From: the human T2T-CHM13v2.0 reference genome, Homo sapiens
Length of the DNA: 64,000 nucleotides
NCBI RefSeq assembly: GCF_009914755.1
Contig: NC_060926.1
Direction: 5' to 3' (one strand)
Positions 47,251 through 63,670 of the stretch are shown piece by piece (positions within the stretch are counted from its first letter, which is position 1; every line of letters starts with the position of its first letter). A model generated the notes under the pieces. The model searched no databases. It had not been told where the DNA came from and saw only the letters and a list, made by a program, of their open reading frames with translations. The position numbers and the translations under genes are program-made.

Positions 47251-47304
47251 TATACAGATTTAGAGATTTGGGATTATAATACTTTGTTTTTCACTAAATA
47301 TTTT

Positions 47305-48330
<1,026 letters not shown>

Positions 48331-49570
48331 CCTTCTACTTCTTAATGATTCTTCTAAAACATGATTTTTATTGGCCATGTATAATTTCATCATGTAGACT
48401 TAAAAGGATTTCTTTAATTCCCTATTGTTATATATACACTTTTTATATTGATTTTTATCACAATACATCAAAGCATTTATTATGCCATTGAAAACTTCCA
48501 ATAAACACATTTTTAAAGGACTGTTATATTATGGCTGGACCGTGAACCTTGAGTTGTTTATCCAGTAGTGCTAAGAGATTTGTTCTAATCCACCTGATTT
48601 CTTTTGTGCAGTGTTTATAGTGACTAAAGAAACGTATTTTCAAGATGATTGGGCTGGCTATACTCTGTAGCTGCCACAGAAGAAAGCAAGGCTATGCCCC
48701 AATCCCACCACATTAAGATCCCCAGTTCAGGGCTCTTCATTAAAACAGCTAAACAAACTGGTGTAAACAGTACTTTTACTTGAATTTAACATCTTTTATG
48801 TTTTCTGGGCCAGACTTTGTGTGGATATTGGATAATAGGCTTGGTGGCCCTTTTATATCCCTTGTGTACTTGTAATTCTAGGAAAAATACAAAGCATTTA
48901 GTGGGAAGGATTTGTAAGAGAATACAGTTTGATCACCATGTAACTTGAGTAAAAATAGCACCATAATTGAAAACACTAAGAGTAGGGTTTTAAGGAAAGA
49001 GAGTAAGATTGGAACAAAGTAACCATGAACTTTTCAGTTCTGAGCTGCGAGTTCTGTTCATTATTCAGTGACCCTTTGTGAGATCTTGTCTTAGTCCATT
49101 CACGCTACTATAACAAAATACCATAGACTGGGTGACTTGTAAACAACAAAAATTTACTTCTCATGGATCTGGAGGCTGGGATATCCAAGATCAAGGTGCC
49201 AGCAGATTCAGTGTCTGGTTGGGGCTTCCTTCTTGGTTCATAGACAGCTGTCTTCTTGCTGTGTCCTCACATGGTGCAAAGGGTGAGGGAGCTCTCTAGG
49301 GTCTATTTAATAAGCGCATTAAGGGAATGCCTTAATGCGCTTATTAAATGAAGTTTTTTGAGAAAAAACTCAAAGTGCTTTCTAAATTTATCTCACTCAA
49401 CCACAATCAGTGCAGACCTGTGACCAAATGTAGGTGGTGTGAGGGGTGGGTGGGTGGGTGGGGGAGGAGCATCTCCCCACCACCAAGCAAGCAATTAGTT
49501 TTGTAGCAGATACCAACTGGATATCCTCCAATTCAGTTCTGACACTATCTACTTGGAGATAGCATCAGAT

Positions 49571-50113
49571 CGTTACCGGAAAGGGGTCCTGATCCAGACC
49601 CTAAGAGAGGGTTCTTGGAAATAATTCAGGGCAAGTCGGCGGAGTAAAGTGAAAGCAAGCTTATTAGGAAAGTAAAGGAATGAAAGAATGGCTACTTCAG
49701 AGATAGAGCAGCCCCAAGGGCTGCTGGTTGCCCACTTTTTATGGTTATTTCTTGATTATATGCTAAACAAGGGGTGGATTATTCATGCCTCCCTTTTTTA
49801 GACCATATAGGGTAACTTCCTGATGTTGCCATGGCATTTGTAAACTGTCATGGTGCTGGTGGGAGTGCAGCAATGAGGATGACCAGAGGTCACTCTCATC
49901 ACCATCTTGGTTTTGGTGGGTTTTGGCTGGCTTCTTGACTGCAGCCTGTTTTATCAGCAAGGTCTTTATGACCTGTATCTTGTGCTGACCTCCTGTCTCA
50001 TCCTGTGACTTAGAATGTCTTAACTGTCGGGGAATGCAGCCCAGTAGTTTTGAGGCTTATTTTACCCAGCTCCTATTCAAGATGGAATTTTTCTAGTTGA
50101 AATGCCTCTGACA
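49571..50113 (-). mobile_element. MER41A solo LTR (ERV1)
   Basis: gttaccggaaaggggtcctgatccagacc...gcctctgaca; 4-bp TSD agat (49567-49570 and 50114-50117); lacks the tandem GAS segment. Confidence 0.85.
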
Positions 50114-50669
50114 AGATCCCACAGATTGGGGGCTCAGTCCCCAAGGTTCCCTCTTAAGCCCTAGAAATCAGTAGCAAGTCTCGGCCTCTGGAACTTCTGA
50201 CCAACTGACTGGCTTCAAGTGGGGGTTCCCATGACCCCTCCTTGAATTCAATTAATTTTCTAGGGTAGCTCATAGAACTTGGAAACTTACATTTACCAGT
50301 TTATTATAAAGGATATTACCAAGGATGCAGATTTAGAGATGCATAGTGCATGCAGCTTCCATGCTGTCCTGGGCGTACCACCCTCCAGAAGTCTCCAGGT
50401 GCTTAGCTATCTGGAAGTTCTCCAAACCCTGTTTATTTATTTCTATTTTTATTTTTAATTTTTTTTAATGGAGGCTTCATTCAGTAGCCATGATTGATTA
50501 ATCATTGGCCATTGGAGATCAGCTTAACCTTTAGCCCCCCTCCTTTCCCTGGAGGTTAGCGGGTGGGGCTGAATATCTTAAACCTGTTATCATGCCTTGG
50601 TCTTTCCAGTGACCAGCCTCCATCCTGAAGCTACCACCTGGGGGTTGCCAGGCATCAGTCAATCATTAG

Positions 50670-51056
<387 letters not shown>

Positions 51057-52145
51057 CAAATATATATTTGTTAATATCACAGACATTCATCCCATTCATG
51101 AAGGCTCAGCCCTCACAACCTAATCACCTTTTAAAGGACCCACCTCCAGATACTCTCACATTGGGCATTGGATTTCAAGATAGGAATTTTAGAGGGACAT
51201 AAACATTCAGACCATAGCAGATCTCTTTACTTAGGTTAACCTTGTTTTAGTATTACAAAAAGCACTTCAGTGTGTTCATTCATTGTATTCAAAACATATT
51301 TATCAAGAAACTACTATGTTCAAAACACTAGGATATGGCTGTGAACAGCTAGAAAAATTACCCACTCTCATACCATTAACATTTCTCAAGGGAGTCGGAT
51401 AACTAACAAATAAACAAGATTATTGTGAATTGTGACAAGTCCTAGAAGGAAATAAACAGGATGATGAAAGACAGTAAGTGGGGCAGGACACTTTAGACTG
51501 GATGGTCAGGAATAATACAAACCTCATTTTATGTGTTATGGAAGGTAGTGTGTTTGAATGGAGTGAGAGAAAACTAGAACTGAAGTCCAGCTTTATCACC
51601 TTGTATAAGTTTCTTAACCTTGCTGAACACCATGACAGGCTGAAAATATAACAAGAACATAATGATAATAATCCCTACTACTTATAGTAGTAGCAGAATT
51701 AAACCAGAGAAAACTCCTGGCATTGTAAGCATGACTTTCTGCCAGGCCCCACATAAATATTAATTTCCTGTTAACTTTCCTAAAATTACATATAATCTGA
51801 ATTCTGTAATACCCATTTCCAATGATATAATTTTAAGAAACTGTTCTATACATCTTCAAATCAATTTAATTCATCAAATATTTATTAAGCACTTACTATG
51901 TGCCAGTCTCTGGTGACCTGATGGTGAATAGAATAAACAGTATCCCTGCCTGGTCAGGGTTTAATTATTGTTCTTATTTGGCTGAGACTCACAAAGCCAT
52001 TTCTGTCCACTGGTTCTCCTGACTAGTAGTAATGAATTTTTACCCCACTGCTATGCACATTTTATGTTAAACTTTTTTTTGTTGTAAAATAAAATAAACA
52101 TTTAAAAAGGTTCATAAAACATAGGCCATAAATCTTAAAATCTGA

Positions 52146-52837
<692 letters not shown>

Positions 52838-53590
52838 TAGAAGATAAAATCTGTGACCACCGTTTGGTGTCTGGACAGCCTTGTCTCTTGGGCCTGGAGG
52901 GGTAAAGCAGAGTCAGTCATGCAAAGTCACATAACTGGCAGAGACTCCTTGAATTTAGAACAGTTTGTTTAACCAAGTGGAAGTTGTTTTTTTTTCTTTT
53001 TCTTGGCTTATTATTTGCCTATAGCGGCAGTGCCCATCTTGGGGCAGATCCAGGTTTCACAAAACTTACCAGGGAGACCTGGCCCCATAGCTCTGGAAAT
53101 ACTTCATATGGAAAGGATAAAGGATATCTATGTTAAACCAACATCAACATGATAATGATGAAATGCTAAAGGCAAATATAACTCAAGCTAGGAACAACTT
53201 ACAGATATTTGCCATCACCACCATTTAACATAAACGGCCCACAATCCTTATTTCCAAATCTTGAGTTTTAAGTCAAGTTAATAAGCTGTTAAAGGAAATA
53301 TGTTCTGTATGTTCTATATCTCCGCCTTGATAACTAAACCTTTCATGACTTATAAATCAAACATACAAATCAAAATTGTAAAGCTATGGTTTCCATATGA
53401 CTATAAGTTAACAAAATATAAAAAATGATTGAATTTAATAATTGTTATACATGTCTGGGTGTTCTGATGATGTGGTAGCATTTTTAGATGAGTAATAAGA
53501 TAATGAGTTGTAATTTATTCTATAAAATTTATTTTCCTTGCTTTCATTTCAGCAAAATCATTAAGTTTATTATAATCAAGATATTCATAT

Positions 53591-53752
53591 CAGGCACATG
53601 GCTTATGCCTGTAATCTCAGCACTTTAGGAGGCTGAGGCAGAAGGATCACTTGAGCCCAGAATGTTCAGGCTACAGTGAGCTGTGATTGCACCACTGCAC
53701 TTCAGCCTGGGCGACAGAGCGAGACCCGGTCTCAAAAAAAAAAAGAAAAAAA
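53591..53752 (+). mobile_element. Alu monomer (FRAM/FAM-like)
   Basis: Single arm with A tail. Confidence 0.82.
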
Positions 53753-55047
53753 GATTAACTTCATTTTTTTCTATTCACAGTAATGACCTCAAATATTTTA
53801 AAAATGTAATTGTATTAAAATGTGCCTAATTTGAACATATTTTCATAAAAGTAAATTATAGCAATTGCAAAAATGTGAAATATTAAATTATATTTTTCAA
53901 AAATGTCATTTATCTTCTAAGATATCTCAAGTTGTCTATTGTAAGATGAACTACCAATTATAATTTATGAATGTATTTAATCTGAACATTTAAACTTTAA
54001 TCTATTGAAAATCTTATAATTTAATCTTATATTTTCATGAAAATAAAATTATTCTTAATTTTAGTGCTAAGTGATCATCTAGTTATCAAGGTAAAGAATT
54101 GGTATCACACTTGGAGCATGTTATAGCTACATGTACAGATGTTCACATTTAAGAGTAATGCGAGTTATTTCTCTAGAATCACAAATTGGAAACCAAAGAG
54201 AAGCAAGATGATAGATGCTCAACACTTCCAGAAAGATACTTCCTTATGCAAGAATCTTTTGCATTCGTTTAGTCTAAGAGAAAGGATTTGACAAGGTAAT
54301 TTGTCAATTCTTTCACCTAAGCATTCCTACTTAGATCCTCCCAGTAGTTGGAAGCAGGGTCTGTCTCCAAGGCCACGGTAATACAACATTTAGAAACAGT
54401 AATTTTTTATTTTGAGAACTCAGGGCCAGACATACAAAGAAACATTTCTCAGGGACCTGAGTGGTATTAGCAAGAGAATGGATATTTAGCATTGTGGGTT
54501 GCATTTGCCAGTTCTAAGCGCCACATTCGGAGTGACAGAGGCACTTACACATATTCCTTAGTAAGTTAATTTTTTTATATTTTTGTTCATGGGGACCTTA
54601 TACAGTGTGAGCCCCAAGCAGCAGACCTCTTGCTTAGCCAAGGGCATCCTGGCCAGGACTTCCAGTTATATAAACCAGTAAATGTTTTCATGCTTAAGCT
54701 AGTTTAAACTAAAAAAAGAGAAAGAAAAAAATCCTAAATCATACAAGTAGGTAGAAAATATAACAGAAAATAAGATACCATTCATGGTAGAACTCTAAAT
54801 AAAAATATCTAGAATTAAATAAACATAGGTGATAAATACAAATATGATAAATATAATTAAATAAACGAATGTGGTAAATAGATTATGTGCAGAATATATG
54901 GGAAGACAATTTACTAGCCCTTGCTGAAATACATGTTAGAAAAGCAGAAAACTTGAATAAATGGGAAGGGGTGCTATGTTTTAGAAGAAAAGACTCCATG
55001 TTATAACAATATCAATTCATTTCAAATTAACTAATGCATTTAAGCAA

Positions 55048-55276
55048 TTTTTTTTTTTTTTTTTGGAGACAAGAGTTTCACTCTGTCACCCAGGCTGGAG
55101 TGCAGTGGCACCTTCTCGGTTCACTGAAACCTCTGCCTCCCGGGTTCAAGCAGTTCTCTGCCTCAGCCTCCCGAGTAGCTGGGATTACAGGTGCCCACCA
55201 CCACGCCTGGCTTATTTTTTGTATTTTTAGTAGAGACGGGGTTTCACCATCTTGGCCAGGCTGATCTTGAACTCCT
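55048..55276 (-). mobile_element. 5'-truncated AluS
   Basis: ttaagcaatt TSD. Confidence 0.9.
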
Positions 55277-56606
55277 TAAGCAATTCTAATTATAATGAAA
55301 ATTGTGATTGTCTCCCCAACATCCATTCTATGCCAGGTCTATGGGTGCCCCTGATTAATCCAAGCAAATAATCTAAATCCTTTCCTTAGTCGTGATTGAT
55401 AAGAGAATGGGCAGGTGACAGGATTCAGATTAATGACACACAAAAAATGGTTTGCTGGTAGCTTTTACTCTTCTGCCAGATGTGAATGAGGATGCAATGA
55501 TCCAGGCTGCTCCTGGCAGCCATTCTATGCCCATGAGGAGATCTAGCTGCAGGGTGAGCTTGACACAGTGGATGGCAGAGCTGGAAGATAGGAGATGAAA
55601 ATACATGTGTTATTCAGTGGTATTGAGGGCCATTGTTTTGGGAAACCCTGAAATTTGGTTATCAATGCCAACAAATCTCTATTGTTTAAGCCTCTTGGAA
55701 TTGAGCTTTTGGTTATTTACCGCCTAAAGCATAGGGATTTTTTTAAAAAGAAACAACAAAAATTTAGAATGAGGAATTAAAAATCCTACAGTGATTTTAG
55801 CAGTCTAATTTAATACAGATATTGGCCAGTTAGGTTAATGAAATAGAATAGAAAGTCTAGATAGATAAATATGCATTTATTTGGTGAACAATGCTGAGAA
55901 CATTGATAGTTATTTGGAAAAATAATAAATTCATTTCCTCCTACAAAACCAATCATATGCAGATTAAAGGATTAAACTATTAAAGAGCTGGAAGAATATA
56001 CAGACACCAAGTCTTAGAGTTAGTGAGGGCCTAATAAGCTGAAAGTCAAATAAAATATGAAGGTGTAGGATCGTCTTGAAGTATTTAAAACATTATATGC
56101 CAAGGAATACTATAAGCAAAAGGTAAATTGTTAAAATACAGTTGAAATATATGTATTATAAATATAATATTAAATATTTGAAATATAAAACACTGCAAAA
56201 AACATCCAAATATAAAAAAAGTTCAGGTAGCTCACAAGAGAAGAAAAAACATTGATCTGCAAATGCATGCGAAATGTTTAATATCCCTAGTAGTTAACAA
56301 AATTGAATATAAAGAGAGAACTTTTTTAAACCATTAAATTGGCAAAGATTAAAAAGAATGCTAGCACAACATTGTGAATGACTAAATGTCATTGAGTAAT
56401 TGTTCGCTTTAAAATGTTGAATTTTATGTTACATATGAAATTCACCTCAACTTTTAGAAAAACAAGAGGAGAAAAAAAGAATATAATGGAGTAGCCAGAG
56501 TGGGAAGTATATAGAGAAATAGCTTCTCTCAGGCACTGCAGTTTGTATTGTAAATTGGTATGTAAATTTTGCAAGACTAATTAACAGTATGTAGATGAAG
56601 CCTTGA

Positions 56607-57067
<461 letters not shown>

Positions 57068-57979
57068 TAGTAGTTAAATAAATTACAATATACTATATAG
57101 TAAAATACTGTTCATTAATTAAAAAAAAATTATGTAACCAAGTAATCTTTTTGAGTTACTGCACCATGGAAGGAAGAGGACAAAGGCACATTGTCCAGCT
57201 TTAAGTTTCAAATTAGAATTTTTTTTTTCATCCATAGGAAAATAATAGTCTTAAAAGCTAGCCTTGCCTCTAATTTCCAAGAATTCTTCACACGTCAGGA
57301 AGAAAATTTGGCAGCCTGAATGTGTACGTTTACTATAAGCCAAGACGTAAGGGCACATGCAATCTGGGGCAGGTAGCTTCCCCCTTCTGAAGGACAGAAG
57401 GAAGGAAGAAAGGCTTTTAGGGGAGCTGTTACAGAGAGCAGCAGGGGTTCAGATTGCAGTGTGTCTCTCTTGCCCTCCCAGAGTTACAAACCTCAGGGAT
57501 GTCATTGGCGTGATCCATGGTGGCAGGCCCTGGGGAACCCAAGAACCCAGGAGTGGTCTGTACTTCCTTGGTGTAGTCCGCACATCTTGGGAGTGGCAGG
57601 GTAGTGTTGCCGGAGGGAGATGTCTACGTGGATGGCCTGAGACTACGTCCAGGGATTCACAGCTTGTGTGTGTGATGCAGAACCAGGGGCTGCTTGCGAA
57701 AGGGCTGAGTGAACAGGTAACAGAAAGAGATGTAGGGAAGGATAAGAAGGTCACAGACCAGAGCAAATAGCAAGGTCCAGGGACATACATCAGGGCTGCC
57801 ATGTGCCTATGAAGTCTTGGCAGAATCAGCCATTGCACAGCAGGCAGCACTGCATGGTGCCTGGTAAGCACTGGGCACAAGGGGCTTCTCAGTAGAGGCT
57901 GGTGAGGATCCAGGGAGCCACACCCAGAGAAGAGGCCTTCCACTGCTATCAGCATAAGCCAAGCTCTCCTTTGCACTCT

Positions 57980-58350
57980 TCTAGGTCTGAGGGTGTCCTC
58001 CAGAATTCATGTGTTGGAAACTGAATCCCTAGTGCCAGTGTTGGGAGGTGGGGCCTAATGGGAGGAGTTTAGGTGGGATCCTCACTGATGGATAATGCCG
58101 CTATGAAAAGGGTGTGTGGGAATGGGCTCTACGTTTCTTTTCCTCTTCTGCCATGTGAGAACACAACATTTCTACCCACTGGAGAACACAGCCTTCAAGG
58201 TGCTGCCTTAGAAGCAGAGAGACCGGGCACAAACCTGTCGTAGCCCTGATCTTGGACTTCGCAGCCTCCAGAACTGTGAGAGAAATTAAATTTCTCCTCT
58301 TTATAAATTATCCAATCTCAGGTATTCTGTTATAGCAGCAGAAAAGAGAC
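57980..58350 (+). mobile_element. MST-type MaLR LTR
   Basis: aattcatgtgttggaaact...cttggacttc...cagaactgtgag...ctcaggtattctgttatagcagca. Confidence 0.75.
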
Positions 58351-58884
58351 ACACCCAGGTGTCATCCTGGGGGAAAAGGAGTGGGAAGGGAGCTTTTTGG
58401 AAGGGAGAAAATACAGTTCTAATAGAGAGTGTGAACCTTAAATGATAGCATATTTACTTAAAACACACTCTTTAAAACCTTTAAAAATATCCAGGAACTA
58501 ATACATGGAGAAAAGAATTTAGGATACATACACAGAAACTCAATAAAGTTAAATATTTTTTCCATATCTCAGTTCGTATAACTTGATTTCCTTGAAATCA
58601 TATTTTTTAAAATGTTTAAGGAAATTAGAAGATGCTCACTATTATATTGTTAAAAGAGCAAGCAGTAGATATAATATTCGAACTTTCTAAAATGATAGTA
58701 GTTATTAATATTATACACACAAACACATAAACACATTTTTAAACCTTTGACAAATACTTCTAAATATTAACAAGGATTATTTCTGGGTATAGAATTTTTT
58801 ATGTAGTACTTTTCGTATTATAAGATGAACATACATTTCTTCTTATAATCAGAAATTGTTGTTTAAAGAAACAAACCATACAGC

Positions 58885-59040
58885 CTTGCTACTCACAAGT
58901 ATGGTCCATGGCCAGCAACCATGGGAGCGTGTTAGAAATGTGGATTCTCAGGACCCACCCCAGACCTCCCAAATCAGTGTCTTCATTTTAACAAGATCCC
59001 CAGGATTGTGTGCTTGCCAGCAGCACTGGCGTAGGCTTCA
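58885..59040. mobile_element. MER5A1-like
   Basis: gggagcgtgttagaaatg...cattttaacaagatccccagg. Confidence 0.7.
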
Positions 59041-59249
59041 CACTCCCGTTCCCAGCCTACTGATGTCCATACCTGACGCTCTGCTTTCTCCTGTTTCTGC
59101 AGACAAACAGCCCCTCCGCTCGTACTCTGGATCCTAGCCCACCTGCCTACCCAAGGACTTTCTCCTGCACCTGTCACCTCTCTCTTCTCCTGGATCATTC
59201 CCATTGGCAAACAAACATGCTGTGATATCTCTTTCACAATTTTTTAAAC

Positions 59250-60470
59250 CAAATTTTATTTTATATGTTTAAAATACACAACATGATGTTCTAAGATACA
59301 TGTGGATAGTAAAATGGTTACTATAGTGAAGCAAATTAACATACCCATCATCTCACAGTTGACCATTTTGTGTGTGTGATCAGAGCAGCTATAATCTACT
59401 CATTTAGCAAAAATCCCAAATATAACATGCTATTATTAACTGTAGTCATGTTGTCCATTAGGTCTCTAGACCTGTTCATCCTAATATCTACTACTTTTTG
59501 TCCTCTGATCTACATTTCCCTGTTTCCTCCCCCTCACCCTCCACCTAACCACTGCCTTATTCTCTAACTTTGTATATTTGACTTTTTAAGATTTCACATA
59601 GTAAGTGATATCATGTAAAAATTTTCTGTGTCTGGATTATTTTACTTAGCATAATGTCCTCCAGGTTCATCCATGTTGTGGCAAATGGCAGGACCTCCTC
59701 TTTTTTAAAGGCCAAATTACATATTCTATAGTATTCTATAGATCCTATATTCTCTCTATAATTCTATTATATTTAATATGTATATCTGTGTTTTTTTCCA
59801 TCCTTCTGTCAACGGACATTCAGATTGTTTCTCTATCTTGGCTATTGTGAATAACGCTGCAATGAGCATGAGAGTGCAGATGTCTTTACAAGGTGGCAAA
59901 TTCATTTCCTCTGGGTGTATACCCAGAAGAGAGATTGCTGGGTCATATGACAGTTCTACTTTTAACTTATTTAGAAGCCTCCCTACTGTTTTACATAATG
60001 GCTGCACCAATCTTCATCCCCACCAACAGTGTACAAGGGTTCTCTTTTCTCCACATCCTTGCCAATACTTGTTATCTCTTTTTAATTATGGCCAGCCTAA
60101 TGGGTGTGAGATGGTATCTCACAGCAGCTTTGACTTGTGTTTCCCCAATGATTAGTGATATTGAGCATCTTTTCGTATACCTGTTGGACATTTTTACGTT
60201 TTGTTTTTTGAGAAATGTCCATTTAGGTCCCTTTGCCTATTTTAAAAATCAAGTTATATGTTTTCTTGCTATTGAGTTGTATGAGTTCTTTATAAATTTT
60301 GAATATTAATCCTTTATCAGATACAGGGTTTGCAAATACTTTTTTCCAATCCATAATTTGCCTTTTCATTTTGTTGATTGTTTCCTTTGCTGTGCAGAAG
60401 CTTTTTAGTGTGATGTAGTCCTATTTATTTATTTTTGCTTTTGTAGCCTGAGCTTTTGGTGTGATATCCA
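59250..60470 (-). mobile_element. L1MA 3' end
   Basis: ORF 59756-60010 (VQPLCK...[12 protein letters not shown]) is L1 ORF2 C-terminal; L1MA-type 3'UTR. Confidence 0.85.
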
Positions 60471-60479
60471 GTCTCATCC

Positions 60480-62190
60480 TTTAAAACAAACAAAACAAAA
60501 CCCCAATCCACTTTCCAGACCTCTGTCTTCTTCACATATTGTCCCATTTTTTTCCTGCTCTTCATGTCTAGGAAAACTTGAAAGACTTGTCTCTCATTGT
60601 CTCCCCTTTCTCTCCTCCCTTTCTCTCTCACTAATCCACCGATACTGCTCTTGTTAAAGTCACTGATGACCTCCAAGTGTTAAGTCCAGTGGCCAATTAT
60701 CTGTCTTCATATCTCACTTTTACCTCTCAGCAACATCTTTTACCTCTCTCTTCTCCTTGGCTGCCAGGATACTCTACTGCCATGATCTTCTGCTTCTCTT
60801 ACTGACAGCCCGCCCCTCCCAGTCTCCTTCCATGGTTCCTCCTCATCTCCTGTTTCTGGATAGGCTGGAGTCCCAGCGTATAGTGCTTTTCTCCCTCTAC
60901 AGTTCCATGGCTTTCAGTCTCCTCTATAAATGGATATACCCCAGATGTTTATATCTAGACCTGAACTCCAGAGTCACATGTCAAGCTGCTTCACTTGAGT
61001 GTCTAACAGGCATATTAAACTTAGTGTGTTCAAAACCAAAGTCTTAATTTTCTCCCCCAACTCATTCCTTACCCAGTACTTCCTATATGAGCAAATGCCT
61101 ATATGAGCAAAAGTCCCTTTCTTATAGTTGCTCAAGTCACAAGCTTGGTATAATCCATGAATTTTGTTTCTTTCTCTTCCATCTCTCAGCCATTACTAAA
61201 TTCTGTTCTACTTGCAAAATATATCTGGAATCTAGATATCAATTTCTCATGCCCCCACTCCAGTGATCCCCTCCTCAGCCTGAGTCATCATCACTCTCTT
61301 CTGAGACTATTGCAGTAGCTGTAAGACTCAGCTCCCTGCTTTCCCCTGTGCCCCCAACAGTCTTTTCTCTGCACAACAGCCACCCTAACCCCCTTTCACT
61401 CAGAATAAAACCCAAAGTCCTTGCCATGCAGCAGTTCAAGGCCCCATGTAAACTGCCCCCTGCTCTCCGCCGTACCATCCTCTCTCTCTGATCTGATCTT
61501 TTATGCCCATCCACCTTGCTCCCTGTACTCCAGCCATGCTGGCCTCTCCTTGCTATTTCTTGATCTTGGCAAACAAACACACAAATGCTGCCTCAGGGTG
61601 GCACTTGCTCTTCCCGCTGACATGCAGTAGAACATAGTGGTAGTGGTTAAGAGCAAGACTCTTTGGAGCCAGACTCTCTGGGGTTCACTTTTCAGCTCTG
61701 CTCTTCACTAGCTGTGTGACCTTGCACAAGTTAATTAACCTTTCTGAGCCTCAGTTTTCTCATCTATAAAATGGGGATAATAAATGTACCTATATACAGT
61801 CCTTAAGAGAATTTAATGAATTTATGAGAAGCAGTTGGAATAGTCACTGGCACAGGAGTAAATGCTGTGTAACTATTAACCATTATTATTATTGGAGGTG
61901 TCCATATAACCCTCTCATTTCATTCAGAGCTCTGCTCAAATGTCCCCTTGTTGAAGATTTGTTTGAATACCCTCCCTCCCCCTCCATTATTCTCTGTCAT
62001 CTTAACCTGCTTCATTTTTCTTCTTAGCATGGATCAATATGTAAGCATACGCTTGTTATTAGACAGATAATAAACATATGTAGACAGGTTTGCCTATTAT
62101 CTGTCCACCCACAGGAATGTGGGCTCCACTGAGAAAATGCTCACAGTCCTGGTGTATGGCAGGCACCCAATACATATTTATTGAGTGAAT
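60480..62190 (+). mobile_element. L2 fragments with a nested MIR (61625-61890)
   Basis: ctgctcttgttaaagtcactgatgacctcc; cagaataaaacccaaagtcc; MIR core gctgtgtgaccttg...ctcagtttttctcatctataaaatgggg. Confidence 0.75.
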
Positions 62191-62868
62191 TTCTGACCAG
62201 TAATGTTTCCTTCTTCAGTAATTGATAAATGTAATTAATGACATAAAATCTTAAATCTCTCAAAAATCTTGTTTCTACTTAAGGACTCCCAAATTTAAAT
62301 CCAAGAACTAATACATGGAGAAAAAAATTTAGGATACATACACAGAAGACGTGTATATATGTGTGTATATACATACACACATATCAGTGTACGGAAGCCA
62401 GCTATTCTTTCTTGGGAAATATTTTTTTCTCCTGTATCTGAAAGTATGTCCTTCTTTTTATAGTGTTAGAATATTCTTTCTTTAATTAAATGCTCTAGAT
62501 AGTAGAAGAGAGTTTTAAAATTTTCCCTAGTATCCCTATATTTATTACTGTTTTAAAATGTCCCTATTACACAGTACTTATTTTTAATTTTTTTAAATTT
62601 CACATATAAAATGTTGTCAACCTTATGGTGCTTTTCAAAATTAAAAATTACTAGTCTGTGAAATCCGAAAGTCTGAGCACTGTTTAAAATACAAATGAAG
62701 ATAACATATCCAGTTTTATTGATATAAGTTTCTAATTCCAGCCAGAACCTGGGAAGTTGTGTCATTAGTCAAAAAACTTTGATGCCACTTTGTTCATTAT
62801 ATCTTACCTGTTATATTTAAAAAAAGAGGCTTGTAATATTTTTTAAATAGAAGATGAAATATGGGCTT

Positions 62869-63221
62869 TGTATTAGTCTGTTCTCACACTGCTATAAAGA
62901 ACTGCCCGAGATTGGGTAATTTATAAAGAGAAGAGGTTTTATTGACTCACGGTTCTGCATGGCTAGGGAGGCCTGAGGAAACTTACAATCATGGTGGAAG
63001 GTACCCCTTCACAGGGCAGCAGGAGAGAGAATGAGTACCAGCAGGGGAAATGCCAGACACTTATAAAACCATCAGATCTCCTGAGAACTCACTATCTGGA
63101 GAACAGCATGGGGGAAACTACCCCCATGATTCAGTTACCTCCACCTGGTCCTACCCTTGACGTGGGGATTATTACAATTCAAGATGAGATTTGGGTAGAG
63201 ACACAGAGCCAAACCATATCA
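62869..63221 (-). mobile_element. THE1/MSTA solo LTR
   Basis: tgtattagtc...ccaaaccatatca with 5-bp TSD ggctt (62864-62868 and 63222-63226). Confidence 0.9.
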
Positions 63222-63459
63222 GGCTTCAATTAGTAGTCCCTATGAAAATATTGCAAATGTGACTTAAACATGAAAACAAAATTGAGCAAAACCTTTCACA
63301 TAATGCTACACTTGGTTCAAGTTGAAGTCCTGGTTTAAATTGTTTTAAGACTTATTGAAGTGTTAACTGTCCTTTTAAAGAGGAAAAGAGACCTCCATTC
63401 CCTGTTTGTCAAGTACCGTACTTTTTAGTTTTATTTTGTTCTAATAACAGAAGAAGAAG

Positions 63460-63670
63460 TGGTAACATTTGCTGAATACTTATGTATCTGTTACCACATT
63501 AATATCTTTATTATCTCATTTAATTCTTAAAACAAGTCTATAAAATGGAAATGATGATCAAACTTCGTTGATAGAAGGAAATGTAAGTTTAGGGAGAGTG
63601 AAATAACTCATTTAAACAGATACCACTTGTTAGATGGTAGTGCTGGGATGAGCTCCCAGAGCTGACTCTA
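63460..63670 (-). mobile_element. MIR
   Basis: taacatttgctgaatactta...attatctcatttaattctt. Confidence 0.6.

Noticed and set aside
57357-57976. Overlapping 137-aa and 175-aa ORFs in a GC-richer block
   Set aside because: No recognisable domain; the block looks like an old LTR-type repeat that I could not name, and higher GC lengthens chance ORFs
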